The notes under the pieces are model-generated. The model ran no database searches. It saw only the letters and a program-made list of their open reading frames with translations, and was not told where the DNA came from. Below, one piece after another: positions 28,657 to 38,343 of a stretch of DNA of 64,000 nucleotides. The stretch comes from an uncultured bacterium. GTDB lineage: Bacteria > Babelota > Babeliae > Babelales > Vermiphilaceae. Position 1 is the first letter of the stretch, and every line of letters starts with the position of its first letter. Position numbers and translations under genes: made by a program. The stretch spans positions 480,001 to 544,000 of the forward strand of contig OY969699.1 in NCBI GenBank assembly GCA_963702025.1. The letters run 5' to 3'.

Positions 28657-28836
28657 TCAGCTTCTGTTTCGGCATTTTTGTTGTTGATAGAATATACTAA
28701 AATTATCAAATTCGATGGATTTATCTTTTTTGAGTACAATTTTACCACAATTGAGGCATTTCCATCCGTCAAAATTTAAAAAATGGTCAAAGAAGGACTG
28801 CAAAACCATCAGTCCCCCGCATTTTTTACACTTCAT
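28657..28836 (-). CDS. Small zinc-ribbon protein
   Basis: MKCKKCGG...WKCLNCG; AGGAG SD. Confidence 0.75.
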   Translation of the reverse strand: MKCKKCGGLMVLQSFFDHFLNFDGWKCLNCGKIVLKKDKSIEFDNFSIFYQQQKCRNRS

Positions 28837-29152
28837 GGGACCTACTCCTTTTTTTTGGGTTTTAAGCCGCATTTTCTTAACTATAGTACAACTTATTTCT
28901 TAGGCAAATTGGTACTTGGTTTGCGGGTGCTTCATTACCTTTTTTATTGTAATGCTTTTTAAAAAAAATACTAAAAATCACCGCTTTTTGTCAATAATAT
29001 TGAATTAACCACATTTATGCTTTTCTGTGCTGGAATCGTAATGTTTTGTTTTAAATAAGGCATACGTATGGCATATCGTTAAATTAATTGACAAATAGAC
29101 TTATAAGTTATTAATCTATTTAATAGATAGCTGTAAAAAAAAGGATAGTAGT

Positions 29153-30904
29153 ATGAAGCGTAAGATAGTTTGCCTTATTGTATTATCAACAGCCTTTCCC
29201 ATGGCCGCCATGAAACGAGGAGCGGAAGAACTTGAAGGGCAAAAGCCGGCTAAAGTGCAGGCTATTCAAGAGGGACAGGAATTGGAGTTTACTCCTGAAT
29301 GGCTCGATGTGGCACTTAAAGAGTTTGAAGAGGAAAAGAAGCAGAGAGAAGAGCAAGAGAAACAGAAAGAAAAAACTTCCAAAAAACGTCCTGCTCCAGA
29401 ATCTGAAGAGCAAAGACCACCTAAAGCTCAAACTCTGATCCAATCGAAGCTGACCATTCCCCCTCAACTTGAGTATTTGCCCAAAGATTTAAAAGTCTAT
29501 ATTCTTACATTCTTAACTACTGCACCGGGAGTTACAAAGTTAGATCGTTTAGAAGCAGCAGTAAAAAATATTCGCAATTTTATGACGTTAAATAAGGCAT
29601 TTAATAATTTCTTAAATGATCCTAAACTGAATGAATTTTTGGTCCGCGAGTTAGCAAAAAACTATATTGCTGATGATCCTGATAAGGTGATGGATGAAGA
29701 TTTAGAAGAAGCGGTTGTTGCGTTACGAACACCCGGAGCAGCCCAGTGGCTCATTGATGCCTCAGGTATCCTTAAATTGCCGGGCCAAGAACAACCGATC
29801 GAGCAATTTGCGGGAGTCGGTATGCCGCCCGGGGCGCCGATAATATCAATTAAGCCACAAGGGGAGCCATTAAACTCTCTTGAAAAAGCAATAATTAAAT
29901 ATTTCTTTATGGCTTATGAAGAGCGAGATTTGGAAAAAGTTCGCTTCTATTTAAAAACGATGCCGACATTGTTATGGGCGAAAAATCAAACGTATCTTAA
30001 TAATGCTATCGGAAGATCATTTTTACTCCATGCTATCATGCAACGTGATACGGAACTTATTGCCTTGGCCTACAACTCTCTTCATAAACTTCTGAATGAG
30101 AAAAAAATATCAGTACCGCCAAGTAGTATTCTTGAATTGTTTAGAATTAACGATGCACAGCAAAATGCGCTTGCTGCAGCGGCATATTCTGGCAACGTAC
30201 AACTCTTTGATTTTATTAACCACTGGATGAATATTGAAAGAAATTCCTTGATTGAACGTTTTAAGGGGCAGAAAGACAGAGAGCAAATAAATACGGCATT
30301 TAATGCTGTTCGTTTGATTAAAAGTTCCACCGATGAATTTAGCGGTGACAACGTATTAATTAATGCTGTTAAGTCTAATAATATGGCCATGGTTGATCGC
30401 CTTCTTGCCTTACCTGAAGGATCTCAATTGGTCAATGTATCGGCTCAACGTATTCGGTTAGATTTTCTGACTAATCAACAGACCGCTGTCCGAATATTCC
30501 CACTTCAAGCAGCTATTGCGGATAACAACTTTGCAATGATTAAAAGATTACTAAACGTTCCTGGTATTGATGTTAATGTGCAAAATGATCGTGGAGAAAC
30601 ACCGCTTTTTGCTGCAGTTAAAAATGCAAGTGCCTATGCAACTGATTTTGCAATTTTTAAACGAAGTGATGCTAAACAAGAATTAGAATCTTCCCTCGAA
30701 ATTGTCCGCTTGCTCTTAAAAAATCCAACTATCAAAGTAAATCTCGCTAATAAAGAGGGAAGAACACCTCTCTCTCTTGTGCAAGAGCTACCAAATCTTC
30801 CACCTCAGCCGGGAATCGTTCACTCGATACTCCCAGTACCTGAAACGGTGAGAATTACTAAAGAAGCCATTGCTCAGCTTCTCATAGAGCATGGAGCCAA
30901 ATGA
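29153..30904 (+). CDS. Secreted ankyrin protein with F-box-like motif and basic NLS-like patches
   Basis: GETPLFAA, GRTPL; LEYLPKDLKVYILTFL; KKRPAP. Confidence 0.8.
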   Translation: MKRKIVCLIVLSTAFPMAAMKRGAEELEGQKPAKVQAIQEGQELEFTPEWLDVALKEFEEEKKQREEQEKQKEKTSKKRPAPESEEQRPPKAQTLIQSKLTIPPQLEYLPKDLKVYILTFLTTAPGVTKLDRLEAAVKNIRNFMTLNKAFNNFLNDPKLNEFLVRELAKNYIADDPDKVMDEDLEEAVVALRTPGAAQWLIDASGILKLPGQEQPIEQFAGVGMPPGAPIISIKPQGEPLNSLEKAIIKYFFMAYEERDLEKVRFYLKTMPTLLWAKNQTYLNNAIGRSFLLHAIMQRDTELIALAYNSLHKLLNEKKISVPPSSILELFRINDAQQNALAAAAYSGNVQLFDFINHWMNIERNSLIERFKGQKDREQINTAFNAVRLIKSSTDEFSGDNVLINAVKSNNMAMVDRLLALPEGSQLVNVSAQRIRLDFLTNQQTAVRIFPLQAAIADNNFAMIKRLLNVPGIDVNVQNDRGETPLFAAVKNASAYATDFAIFKRSDAKQELESSLEIVRLLLKNPTIKVNLANKEGRTPLSLVQELPNLPPQPGIVHSILPVPETVRITKEAIAQLLIEHGAK

Positions 30905-30920
30905 AAAGAAAGAAAGGATT

Positions 30921-31331
30921 TTACTCTTCCCAGACAGGCCGACTATATTGAAGGTAACTTTCTAAGATAAATGCGGCAGCTATTGAGTGTGATTGGATCT
31001 TTTCCTCTTTTGTTTGGGCTTTTTTGAGTGCATCCGCACGCTTACTGCTCAAACGCTCATCCCATAAGAGGAATTTTTTTGTAGGGAACTCCTTTTCCAA
31101 TGTTTTTTTGGCCGCTTCCACTTTTTTAGTCTGGTTGCTCGACGTGCCCCGCATGGTTCGGGGATATCCAACAATAACGGTTTCTATTTTTTCTTTGTCA
31201 AAGAGCGTCTGCAAAAAAGATATAAGATTATCAGTTTCTACCGTCTGATGCGGGCGCGCAAACATCCCCAATGCATCCGAGAGTGCAGTGCCGGTCCAGG
31301 CGTCACCAATATCGAGGGCAAGTATTTTCAT
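30921..31331 (-). CDS. ruvX: YqgF/RuvX pre-16S rRNA nuclease
   Basis: ILALDIG...GTALSD, VGYP, WDERLSS, AAAFIL. Confidence 0.9.
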   Translation of the reverse strand: MKILALDIGDAWTGTALSDALGMFARPHQTVETDNLISFLQTLFDKEKIETVIVGYPRTMRGTSSNQTKKVEAAKKTLEKEFPTKKFLLWDERLSSKRADALKKAQTKEEKIQSHSIAAAFILESYLQYSRPVWEE

Positions 31332-31402
31332 AGAGTTCCCATTTTAAAATAGTATGAATTGAGTATACTCGAAAATCATACCAAATAACAAAAGGAATCC
31401 TT

Positions 31403-32737
31403 ATGAATCAATTATGCTCCGGTTTTCAATCGGTCCTCAATACCTGCATGGGTTGGCCACTTATTATCTATGTTCTTGGTGTTAGCGCCATCGTAACTAT
31501 TGCTTTATCATTTATTCAGCTTCGTTATTTTATCACTTCATGGAAATACACATTCTTCCCCTCCGAATCGGAAGAAAAATCGGAGATGACCCCGTTTCAA
31601 GCATTTATCAATACACTTAACGTAAGCACCGGCAATGGGAGCCTTGCGGGTATGGCAACCGCATTGTATTCCGGTGGTCCGGGTGCTGCACTGTGGATCA
31701 TTATTATTACTTTGATGCTCATGCCGGTTCGCTATTCAGAAGTTTATTTAAGCACCCATTTTGGAGCGCTTGCGCCTAAAAATACCACACTTGGTGGGCC
31801 GATGCTCTATTTGCGTCAATTGCCTGCGGGTGCATTGTTTGCCTTTTTATACGCGCTTTCCTGTACCTTTTTTGGGTTTATCGCCGGTAGCGCCATGCAA
31901 GCAAATTCGATTAGTTTGAGTATGGCAACCACCTGGCAAGTTCCTTTATTGGCGACCGCTGGCGTTTTATTTTTGTTTGTTTTTTACGCGATTAGTGGCG
32001 GCGCTGCACGTATTATAAAATTTTCTGAAGCAATTGTGCCAATCAAAGTTGGCCTCTTTTTTCTTTCGGCATTGGCAATTTTAGGTTGGCATTATCAGGC
32101 AATTATCCCTGCGTTAAAACTCATAGTGAGCAGCGGATTGAGCCTCAAAGCATTTGGCGGCGCAGCGCTTGGCTATACGATTCAACAAGCAATGAGATAT
32201 GGCATTTTGCGCTCGATCAACGCAACTGAATCGGGGCTCGGGACGGCGGCAATTCTTTTCGGTTCCACCGGTAGCAAACATCCGGTGCGTGATGGCATTA
32301 TGGCGATGGCAACCACATTGGTGAGCGCATTGGTCTGTTTTATTGTGGCACTGTGCATTGTGGCTAGCGGCGTATGGAATTCCGGGTTGACCAGTACGCC
32401 ATTAACCATCGCAGCATATACTACGGTTTTTGGTGCTGTGGGCGGCTGGATTGTCACGCTGTTATCCATCGCATTTGGCATTGGTGTTCTTGTCTCTTAT
32501 GCCTACATTACCAAGGCTGCGTGGGATTCTATTTTTGGTGCGCACACCGGCGTATTGTTTATTTTAGTGTATTGCGGATGTGCTTTTTTTGGCGCATGGA
32601 CCGAGCAGGTAACTTCCCTTTGGGCATTGGTTGATATCTCTTTGGCATGTATGGTAATTCTTAATTTATTAGGAATTGTTTATTTGCTTCCGGTATTGCG
32701 GCACGGTTTGCAATCATATAAAAATCTTCAAAAATAA
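31403..32737 (+). CDS. Alanine/glycine:cation symporter (AGCS family)
   Basis: TPFQAF, GGPGAALW, GGPMLY, ESGLG. Confidence 0.9.
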   Translation: MNQLCSGFQSVLNTCMGWPLIIYVLGVSAIVTIALSFIQLRYFITSWKYTFFPSESEEKSEMTPFQAFINTLNVSTGNGSLAGMATALYSGGPGAALWIIIITLMLMPVRYSEVYLSTHFGALAPKNTTLGGPMLYLRQLPAGALFAFLYALSCTFFGFIAGSAMQANSISLSMATTWQVPLLATAGVLFLFVFYAISGGAARIIKFSEAIVPIKVGLFFLSALAILGWHYQAIIPALKLIVSSGLSLKAFGGAALGYTIQQAMRYGILRSINATESGLGTAAILFGSTGSKHPVRDGIMAMATTLVSALVCFIVALCIVASGVWNSGLTSTPLTIAAYTTVFGAVGGWIVTLLSIAFGIGVLVSYAYITKAAWDSIFGAHTGVLFILVYCGCAFFGAWTEQVTSLWALVDISLACMVILNLLGIVYLLPVLRHGLQSYKNLQK

Positions 32738-32754
32738 ATGATAAGGAGTTTGTA

Positions 32755-33567
32755 ATGAAGATGCCATGCAAAGCGCATATCAAATACGGTATCTATGTGA
32801 TAGGACTTTTATTGGTTTATGCTCACGCGAGTTCAGTATCGACAATAGAAAGAAAATCTTTTTTGTGCTCCTACACCGGCAAAAAAATTTTTTTGCTTTC
32901 ATATCCGCGCTCCGGCAACACTTTAATGCGTTATTGTCTTGAGTTTTTAACTCAACGGGCAAGCTTTTACCGCTGGAGCTCACTGAACATGGATCGTCCT
33001 ATCGCTGATACGACTGGGTTCCCTATTGATACTACAAAACGTCCCATTGAAAAAGTTCATCGTAAGAGAGAAATGGTAGGATTCACAAATGAAGATTGCC
33101 TTATTTTTCTTCTCCGTGATCCTATAGAGACACTGGTAAGGGAAATAGGGAGCGATAACTTTCTGATGCTAATAAAAGGAGTGAAGCCGCCTGCGCCTAT
33201 ATTTTCTCATTATAGTCTCTATTTTGATAATTTAAAAATTTTTTCCGAATGGAAGGAGGAAAACAAGATATTAGTCTATTATGAAGATTTTTTACGGGAA
33301 CCGCGCAAAACTTTACAACGAGTTTTAACATTTCTGGGAGATTCAGATGAAAAGTTAGATGAGCTTATGGAACGATTTGACGAACACAAAAAAAGAGCTC
33401 TTGAGGTGTACAACATGTCTGAAAGCCAGGGGAAAGATTTACATTACCATGCTAAAAAATTAACGTTGGAAGAAAGAGAAGAAATACAAGGGTTTATACA
33501 GGAAAAATACAAGGATTTATGGCATTTATTTTTAGAAAGATATGATATAAGCAATAACGTTATATAG
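32755..33567 (+). CDS. PAPS-dependent sulfotransferase with signal peptide
   Basis: SYPRSGNT 5'-PSB loop, RDP, YEDF. Confidence 0.8.
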   Translation: MKMPCKAHIKYGIYVIGLLLVYAHASSVSTIERKSFLCSYTGKKIFLLSYPRSGNTLMRYCLEFLTQRASFYRWSSLNMDRPIADTTGFPIDTTKRPIEKVHRKREMVGFTNEDCLIFLLRDPIETLVREIGSDNFLMLIKGVKPPAPIFSHYSLYFDNLKIFSEWKEENKILVYYEDFLREPRKTLQRVLTFLGDSDEKLDELMERFDEHKKRALEVYNMSESQGKDLHYHAKKLTLEEREEIQGFIQEKYKDLWHLFLERYDISNNVI

Positions 33568-33605
33568 GTGGAAATCATGCCTGTTTTAATTCCCTAATAA
33601 AAAGG

Positions 33606-34142
33606 ATGACGATGATGAAAAAATATTGTTTATTAATGCTTATTTTATCTGCTTCCCCCTTGATTAGCATGGAGCCGGATGAACTGGCAATAAAAAAGAG
33701 AGAAGCTTTCAACTGTAGAAAGGAAATTTATCCGAGCGTTGCTCAAGCTGATACTAATGATGACAATGCGCTAATTGCCTATGATTACTTTCTAAAACTT
33801 TATCATAATGATGAGTCTAAGTTTCCTTTTAAAAGTTCTTATTTTTATCTCTATGATTGGGGTTCTTCCGATCCTGAAAGTGCCGTGATTATTCGACGGG
33901 CATATAGCACCGTGATTTCTAAAGCATTCTCGTTGCGCTCCAGCACTTTATCTGCCGGACAAATCGGTGATGAATGTCAACAAGCTCAATCAACCATTCT
34001 CACTGATCAGAAAGAAATGTCAGCAATCTTATTGGGCAATCAGGAAAAAATTTTATCGGTTGAGGATATAAAAACTAAGATTGCCGATCTTACCAACAAA
34101 ATAAAAAGTAAGAAGTTTGTGGCAATTAATTGGGATGAGTAA
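33606..34142 (+). CDS. Secreted hypothetical protein (AFSLRS family 1)
   Basis: Signal peptide; KAFSLRS...IGDE motif. Confidence 0.7.
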   Translation: MTMMKKYCLLMLILSASPLISMEPDELAIKKREAFNCRKEIYPSVAQADTNDDNALIAYDYFLKLYHNDESKFPFKSSYFYLYDWGSSDPESAVIIRRAYSTVISKAFSLRSSTLSAGQIGDECQQAQSTILTDQKEMSAILLGNQEKILSVEDIKTKIADLTNKIKSKKFVAINWDE

Positions 34143-34176
34143 GAAATTTTTCAAAATCGTTGATAATGAAGACATT

Positions 34177-34446
34177 TTATTTGAAAAGGTCCGAATGGGT
34201 TCCCATTGCATAGAGCAGTAGATGGGTATCTGACTTTTTATAAACTAGAAGCCAATTAGGCTCAATGTGACACTCCCAATATTCACTATATTTCCCCTTA
34301 AGCTTATGATTGCAATACTTGGCAGGAAGTGACTTCCCTTCGCGCAACAATTTAATAACAGTTTTGAGTTTATCCATATCCTTGCCGCGTTTGGCCATTT
34401 TTTTTGATTCACGATCAAAGCGGCCTGTTGTAGAGAAATCTATCAT
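34177..34446 (-). CDS. yafQ: YafQ/RelE-family mRNA interferase toxin
   Basis: NHKLKG...ECHIEPNWLLVY...GTHSDLF. Confidence 0.9.
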   Translation of the reverse strand: MIDFSTTGRFDRESKKMAKRGKDMDKLKTVIKLLREGKSLPAKYCNHKLKGKYSEYWECHIEPNWLLVYKKSDTHLLLYAMGTHSDLFK

Positions 34447-34716
34447 TTAAATGCCCAATTTTTTAAAAAGATCGTCAACATCTTTATATTTTTTAACGTC
34501 TTTTCCCGCATCGGCATCTTTAATTGTTTTTAACAGTTTTTTATTGGGAACATGGCTATACGGGCACTTTTCTTCCGGTTGCGATTTAAGTTGCTTATCA
34601 ATGTAATTAGCAAGCATTTCGCGCATGCTCATTCCTTTGCTTGCAGCAAGCGCCTTAAATTTTTTATGGATACTTTTCGGTACATCCAAAGTTATTCGAG
34701 ATACTTCAGTTTTCAT
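34447..34716 (-). CDS. RHH-type (DinJ/RelB-like) antitoxin
   Basis: RITLDVP...GMSMRE; PN...DVDDLFKKL tail; directly upstream of the toxin. Confidence 0.85.
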   Translation of the reverse strand: MKTEVSRITLDVPKSIHKKFKALAASKGMSMREMLANYIDKQLKSQPEEKCPYSHVPNKKLLKTIKDADAGKDVKKYKDVDDLFKKLGI

Positions 34717-34747
34717 ATTGTTCCTTATATTTAATCTTTATAGATAA

Positions 34748-34780
34748 ATACATTATAAACACAGAAATGTGTAAATGTAT
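34748..34780. promoter_or_regulatory. Probable TA autorepression operator
   Basis: ATACATT..ACACA-GAAA-TGTGT.AATGTAT inverted repeat upstream of the antitoxin. Confidence 0.55.
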
Positions 34781-34944
34781 ATATATTAATAGAACTACTT
34801 GGCAGTATATATATTGTAATTTAAATAAGCATTGGCATAATAAGAATTACTTCTTTCGTTGGTAAAATGAATCTGCTATTTTCACTTTAGACGTTTTTTG
34901 AAAATAAGAAGATTTGTTATTATCGCCGATGAAAATAAGAGAAA

Positions 34945-35628
34945 TTGTCATTAACGTGGTTGCAAATTATTATGAAAAAAATGAAAAATGTTCTCATGAT
35001 GCTCGTAGGCGTCTCTCTTTTTGCGTCAGGTATGGAAAAGACAGCGAGCAATAAAAAGAGAAAAATACACCATGCTGTAGAACGTGAGGAAAATAATAAT
35101 GCGCAGGAAAAAGCTCCTGGCGCTTTGGTTACAAGTAGCATGCTCGTAGTGCCCCATGAGGTAGCGCAATATTATTTTGAAGAATTAAAAAATGCTGAGG
35201 TTGATTTACGCACTATTGTGGTGCCCTTTGAGTGTTATAAAAAAAAGGAGAATCGCGATAAAGTTAACTATCAATTTAGTATGGATACATTAAAATTCGA
35301 CTACTTTTTAACCTATGCGCGTCGGCATAGCTATGATCCGTCTAGTTGTGATGAAAATTTTTATGCGCAGCTAATTACACGGTATAGTGAAGAAATTGTA
35401 AAAAAAGCATTTTCTTTGCGCAGTCCGCGATTGCCATTATCAGCTATTGGTGTGGAGCTTAATAAAGCGATTGCCCATGTAAACAAAGATCTTTCTTTGC
35501 TTGCCTTTATTGCGACTGGCCAACCCGAGAACACTCTAACCAAGGGCGGATGGAAAAAACACTGGACTAATGCATGTGCTGCTGTTTTTAACAGTTTTGT
35601 GACGGATCATATTGCGCCGGAACTATAA
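34945..35628 (+). CDS. Secreted hypothetical protein (AFSLRS family 2)
   Basis: Signal peptide; KKRK patch; KAFSLRS...IGVE. Confidence 0.7.
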   Translation: MSLTWLQIIMKKMKNVLMMLVGVSLFASGMEKTASNKKRKIHHAVEREENNNAQEKAPGALVTSSMLVVPHEVAQYYFEELKNAEVDLRTIVVPFECYKKKENRDKVNYQFSMDTLKFDYFLTYARRHSYDPSSCDENFYAQLITRYSEEIVKKAFSLRSPRLPLSAIGVELNKAIAHVNKDLSLLAFIATGQPENTLTKGGWKKHWTNACAAVFNSFVTDHIAPEL

Positions 35629-35729
35629 AAAATCTGTCTCCTCAAACTGCTAAATTCCTTTATACTAAAAAACAAATTATTTAGATTATAACCGAGTATA
35701 CAATCTGTGCATAACAAAACGGAGCATGT

Positions 35730-36194
35730 ATGAAATTATATATTGCAAGTGTGCTGTTATCTTTTACTTTCTTTGCGCAGAGCATGCAGTTGAATGTTTC
35801 TGCTGCGCAAGCCAATCCGCATGGCCTCTCATTACAAATCAAATATTTTAATGCACTCATTAGAAATAATATAGGCCATAAAGTTTTCAGCTATGCTTCT
35901 TTTCATCATGAAGATAAGCATTCACAATTGGTGAAAAAATATATGGAAGTGGTGACCAACCAAGCTTTTCTACAACGGTCCGCAACTTTGCGTTGCGATG
36001 AGATTGGCGATGAGTTGGAGCATGCGGTTGGCACGGTCGAGGCGAATCCTGAGCAATTTTTTCTTGAAGAACAGATAACTGCTAATCAATGGAAAGAACG
36101 ATGGGCCGCCGTTAAAGAAGATTTAACTGCGCGCTACAACCAACAACAAGGAAATAGTGTTGAATTGGGTTTGGCGGATCATGCGATACAATGA
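35730..36194 (+). CDS. Secreted hypothetical protein (AFSLRS family 3)
   Basis: Signal peptide; QAFLQRS...IGDE. Confidence 0.7.
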   Translation: MKLYIASVLLSFTFFAQSMQLNVSAAQANPHGLSLQIKYFNALIRNNIGHKVFSYASFHHEDKHSQLVKKYMEVVTNQAFLQRSATLRCDEIGDELEHAVGTVEANPEQFFLEEQITANQWKERWAAVKEDLTARYNQQQGNSVELGLADHAIQ

Positions 36195-36243
36195 AGAAAT
36201 TTAGTGAGATTTACTACAAATTATAAAACCGTGTAATAGGATT

Positions 36244-37683
36244 ATGAGTACATTATCATTACCCAAAATTTGGCCGGTTACCTGCCATACCGATTATGTT
36301 GGCAAGAATTCTACCTTTGTAGCCATTAAGGGCCAAAAGTATAACGGTGCAGATTTTATACCGCTTTCACTCAAAAAGGGTGCAACCACCATAATTGCTG
36401 AATATGATACGGATATTAGTCAAGAAATCATTGACGTGATTAAAACTGCTGACGCAAAGCTAGAATTTGTTCCCAATGCGCGCCGAACGCTAGCATTACG
36501 TGCGGCAGATGCCTGGCATAATCCGGCTGATAAGCTTAAAATTATTGGTATAACGGGCACCAAAGGCAAGACCACCACCTCATGGCTTTTGCATCATTTG
36601 TTGCAGAGTGGCGGGCATAAAACAGCACTGCTGAGCACTGCGGGCAATAAAATAGGCAATCAAGAATTTGCTACCGAATTAACTACGCAACATCCTGATT
36701 ATTTGCATGCATTTTTTCATGCATGTACCATTACGGGAATGGAATATGTGGTGATGGAAGTTGCCGCGCAAGCAGTCTCATTGCACCGAACTGCCGGTTT
36801 GCACTTTGATGGTATAATTTTTACCAATTTTGCCCAAGCCCACGGGGAATTTTATGCAACGGTGCAGGATTATTTTAATGCTAAGTGTGCACTTTTTAGC
36901 CAGGCGAAATTAAATGTTCCCTTTGTTATTAACGCGGATGATGAAACAGGGCGCAATTTGCTTGAGCAATTTAAAGATGCAACCGCATGCAGTACCAAAA
37001 ATCCGTTTGCCCATGTTTACTTTATGCCGCATCAAATAACCACTCATGGCATTACCGGATTAATGCAAGGCATTGGGGAAAGTATTACCATTAATTGCCC
37101 CGCGCTTATTGGTACTTTTAATGCGGCCAATATTGTGGCGGCCGTAAGTATGGCATGGCGACTTGGCATTGAACAAAATGCGATTGCCGGTGCATTACAG
37201 AGTTTTGCTGGTGTGCCCGGTCGGCTTGAAAAGCATAGTGCGCCTAATGGAGCGGTGGTATTTATTGATTATGCGCACAACCCACTTTCATTCCAATCGG
37301 TGTTGCCATTATTGCGTTCGTTAACTGATCATTTAATTGTAGTTGCCGGTGCGGGAGGCGATCGTGATAAAGCTATGCGGCCGATCATGGGGCAGTTGAT
37401 GAGTGAGTATGCGGATCAGGTTTTTATCACCTCAGATAATCCGCGCTCAGAAAATCCTGCCGATATTATTGCCGCCATGTATGCGGGAATAGCCCCGGAA
37501 AAAAAGGGCGCGATGGTTTGCGAACTTGATCGCGAAAAAGCTATTCAAAAAGCATATGCATGCTCGCACAAAGGGACAGTGATTGCCCTGCTTGGCAAAG
37601 GGCCGGATGAATACCAGATTGTCGGCGCCACAAAATTTCCCTTTAGTGAACGGCAGATTGTGCAAAGGTTGCCCAACCCCTAA
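36244..37683 (+). CDS. murE: UDP-MurNAc-tripeptide synthetase (meso-DAP-type DNPR motif)
   Basis: GITGTKGKTT, VPGRLE, DYAHNP, GGDRD, SDNPRSE. Confidence 0.92.
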   Translation: MSTLSLPKIWPVTCHTDYVGKNSTFVAIKGQKYNGADFIPLSLKKGATTIIAEYDTDISQEIIDVIKTADAKLEFVPNARRTLALRAADAWHNPADKLKIIGITGTKGKTTTSWLLHHLLQSGGHKTALLSTAGNKIGNQEFATELTTQHPDYLHAFFHACTITGMEYVVMEVAAQAVSLHRTAGLHFDGIIFTNFAQAHGEFYATVQDYFNAKCALFSQAKLNVPFVINADDETGRNLLEQFKDATACSTKNPFAHVYFMPHQITTHGITGLMQGIGESITINCPALIGTFNAANIVAAVSMAWRLGIEQNAIAGALQSFAGVPGRLEKHSAPNGAVVFIDYAHNPLSFQSVLPLLRSLTDHLIVVAGAGGDRDKAMRPIMGQLMSEYADQVFITSDNPRSENPADIIAAMYAGIAPEKKGAMVCELDREKAIQKAYACSHKGTVIALLGKGPDEYQIVGATKFPFSERQIVQRLPNP

Positions 37684-37737
37684 TTTTTTTCTAGCCTCAA
37701 AACAGGAATTACTATTCTTTTAAATAAAGGAGTACCC

Positions 37738-38238
37738 ATGAAGGTAGTAGGAATTCTTGGTTTGATTTTTGCCGTGGTGCCCATTGAGGCTATGCAGAAA
37801 TCAGTATCAGCACCGCTCGTTGTTGTAGCGCAAAAAGTGGAAAATGAATCCCATTTATATAGCTGTAAATGTTTTTGCAGGATGTGCGTGAAAACGGCAA
37901 CCCAAAGACTGCAAGACTTAATTGAGCAGGTAAACTATATTAGTCATTCGCAAAAATTAAGAAAGCAGAGCGTTGAAGTAAACGTGCCTACGTATGAAGC
38001 TCTTATTTTGCTCCAATCGATGAGAAAGGATGTGAAAACGCTTAAGGGCTCTCTTAAAGAAATTAAAATGCCAAAGACAAAAAGATTTCCTTCTTATGTG
38101 ACAAAAAACCCGAATAATATACTTGCTGATCGCAAAACGCCCCCTTTGGCTCAAAGCACTAATGAGGAGGAGGAGTTTGCCACCCTCACCAATCCGGACC
38201 AGATTCAGTTACGTTACTTCGACCCATTTGCTTCTTAA
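37738..38238 (+). CDS. Secreted hypothetical protein with CxCxCxxC motif
   Basis: Signal peptide ending EA-MQ; CKCFCRMC. Confidence 0.65.
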   Translation: MKVVGILGLIFAVVPIEAMQKSVSAPLVVVAQKVENESHLYSCKCFCRMCVKTATQRLQDLIEQVNYISHSQKLRKQSVEVNVPTYEALILLQSMRKDVKTLKGSLKEIKMPKTKRFPSYVTKNPNNILADRKTPPLAQSTNEEEEFATLTNPDQIQLRYFDPFAS

Positions 38239-38343
38239 TTGGAAAAAGGCTCCATTTTTGACAAAAAACAGAGGAATAGTAGACTAAAAATCTGTTCTAC
38301 TATTGTTAATAATTGTTTTTAACCTGTTTTTTGGGGTTTATTA

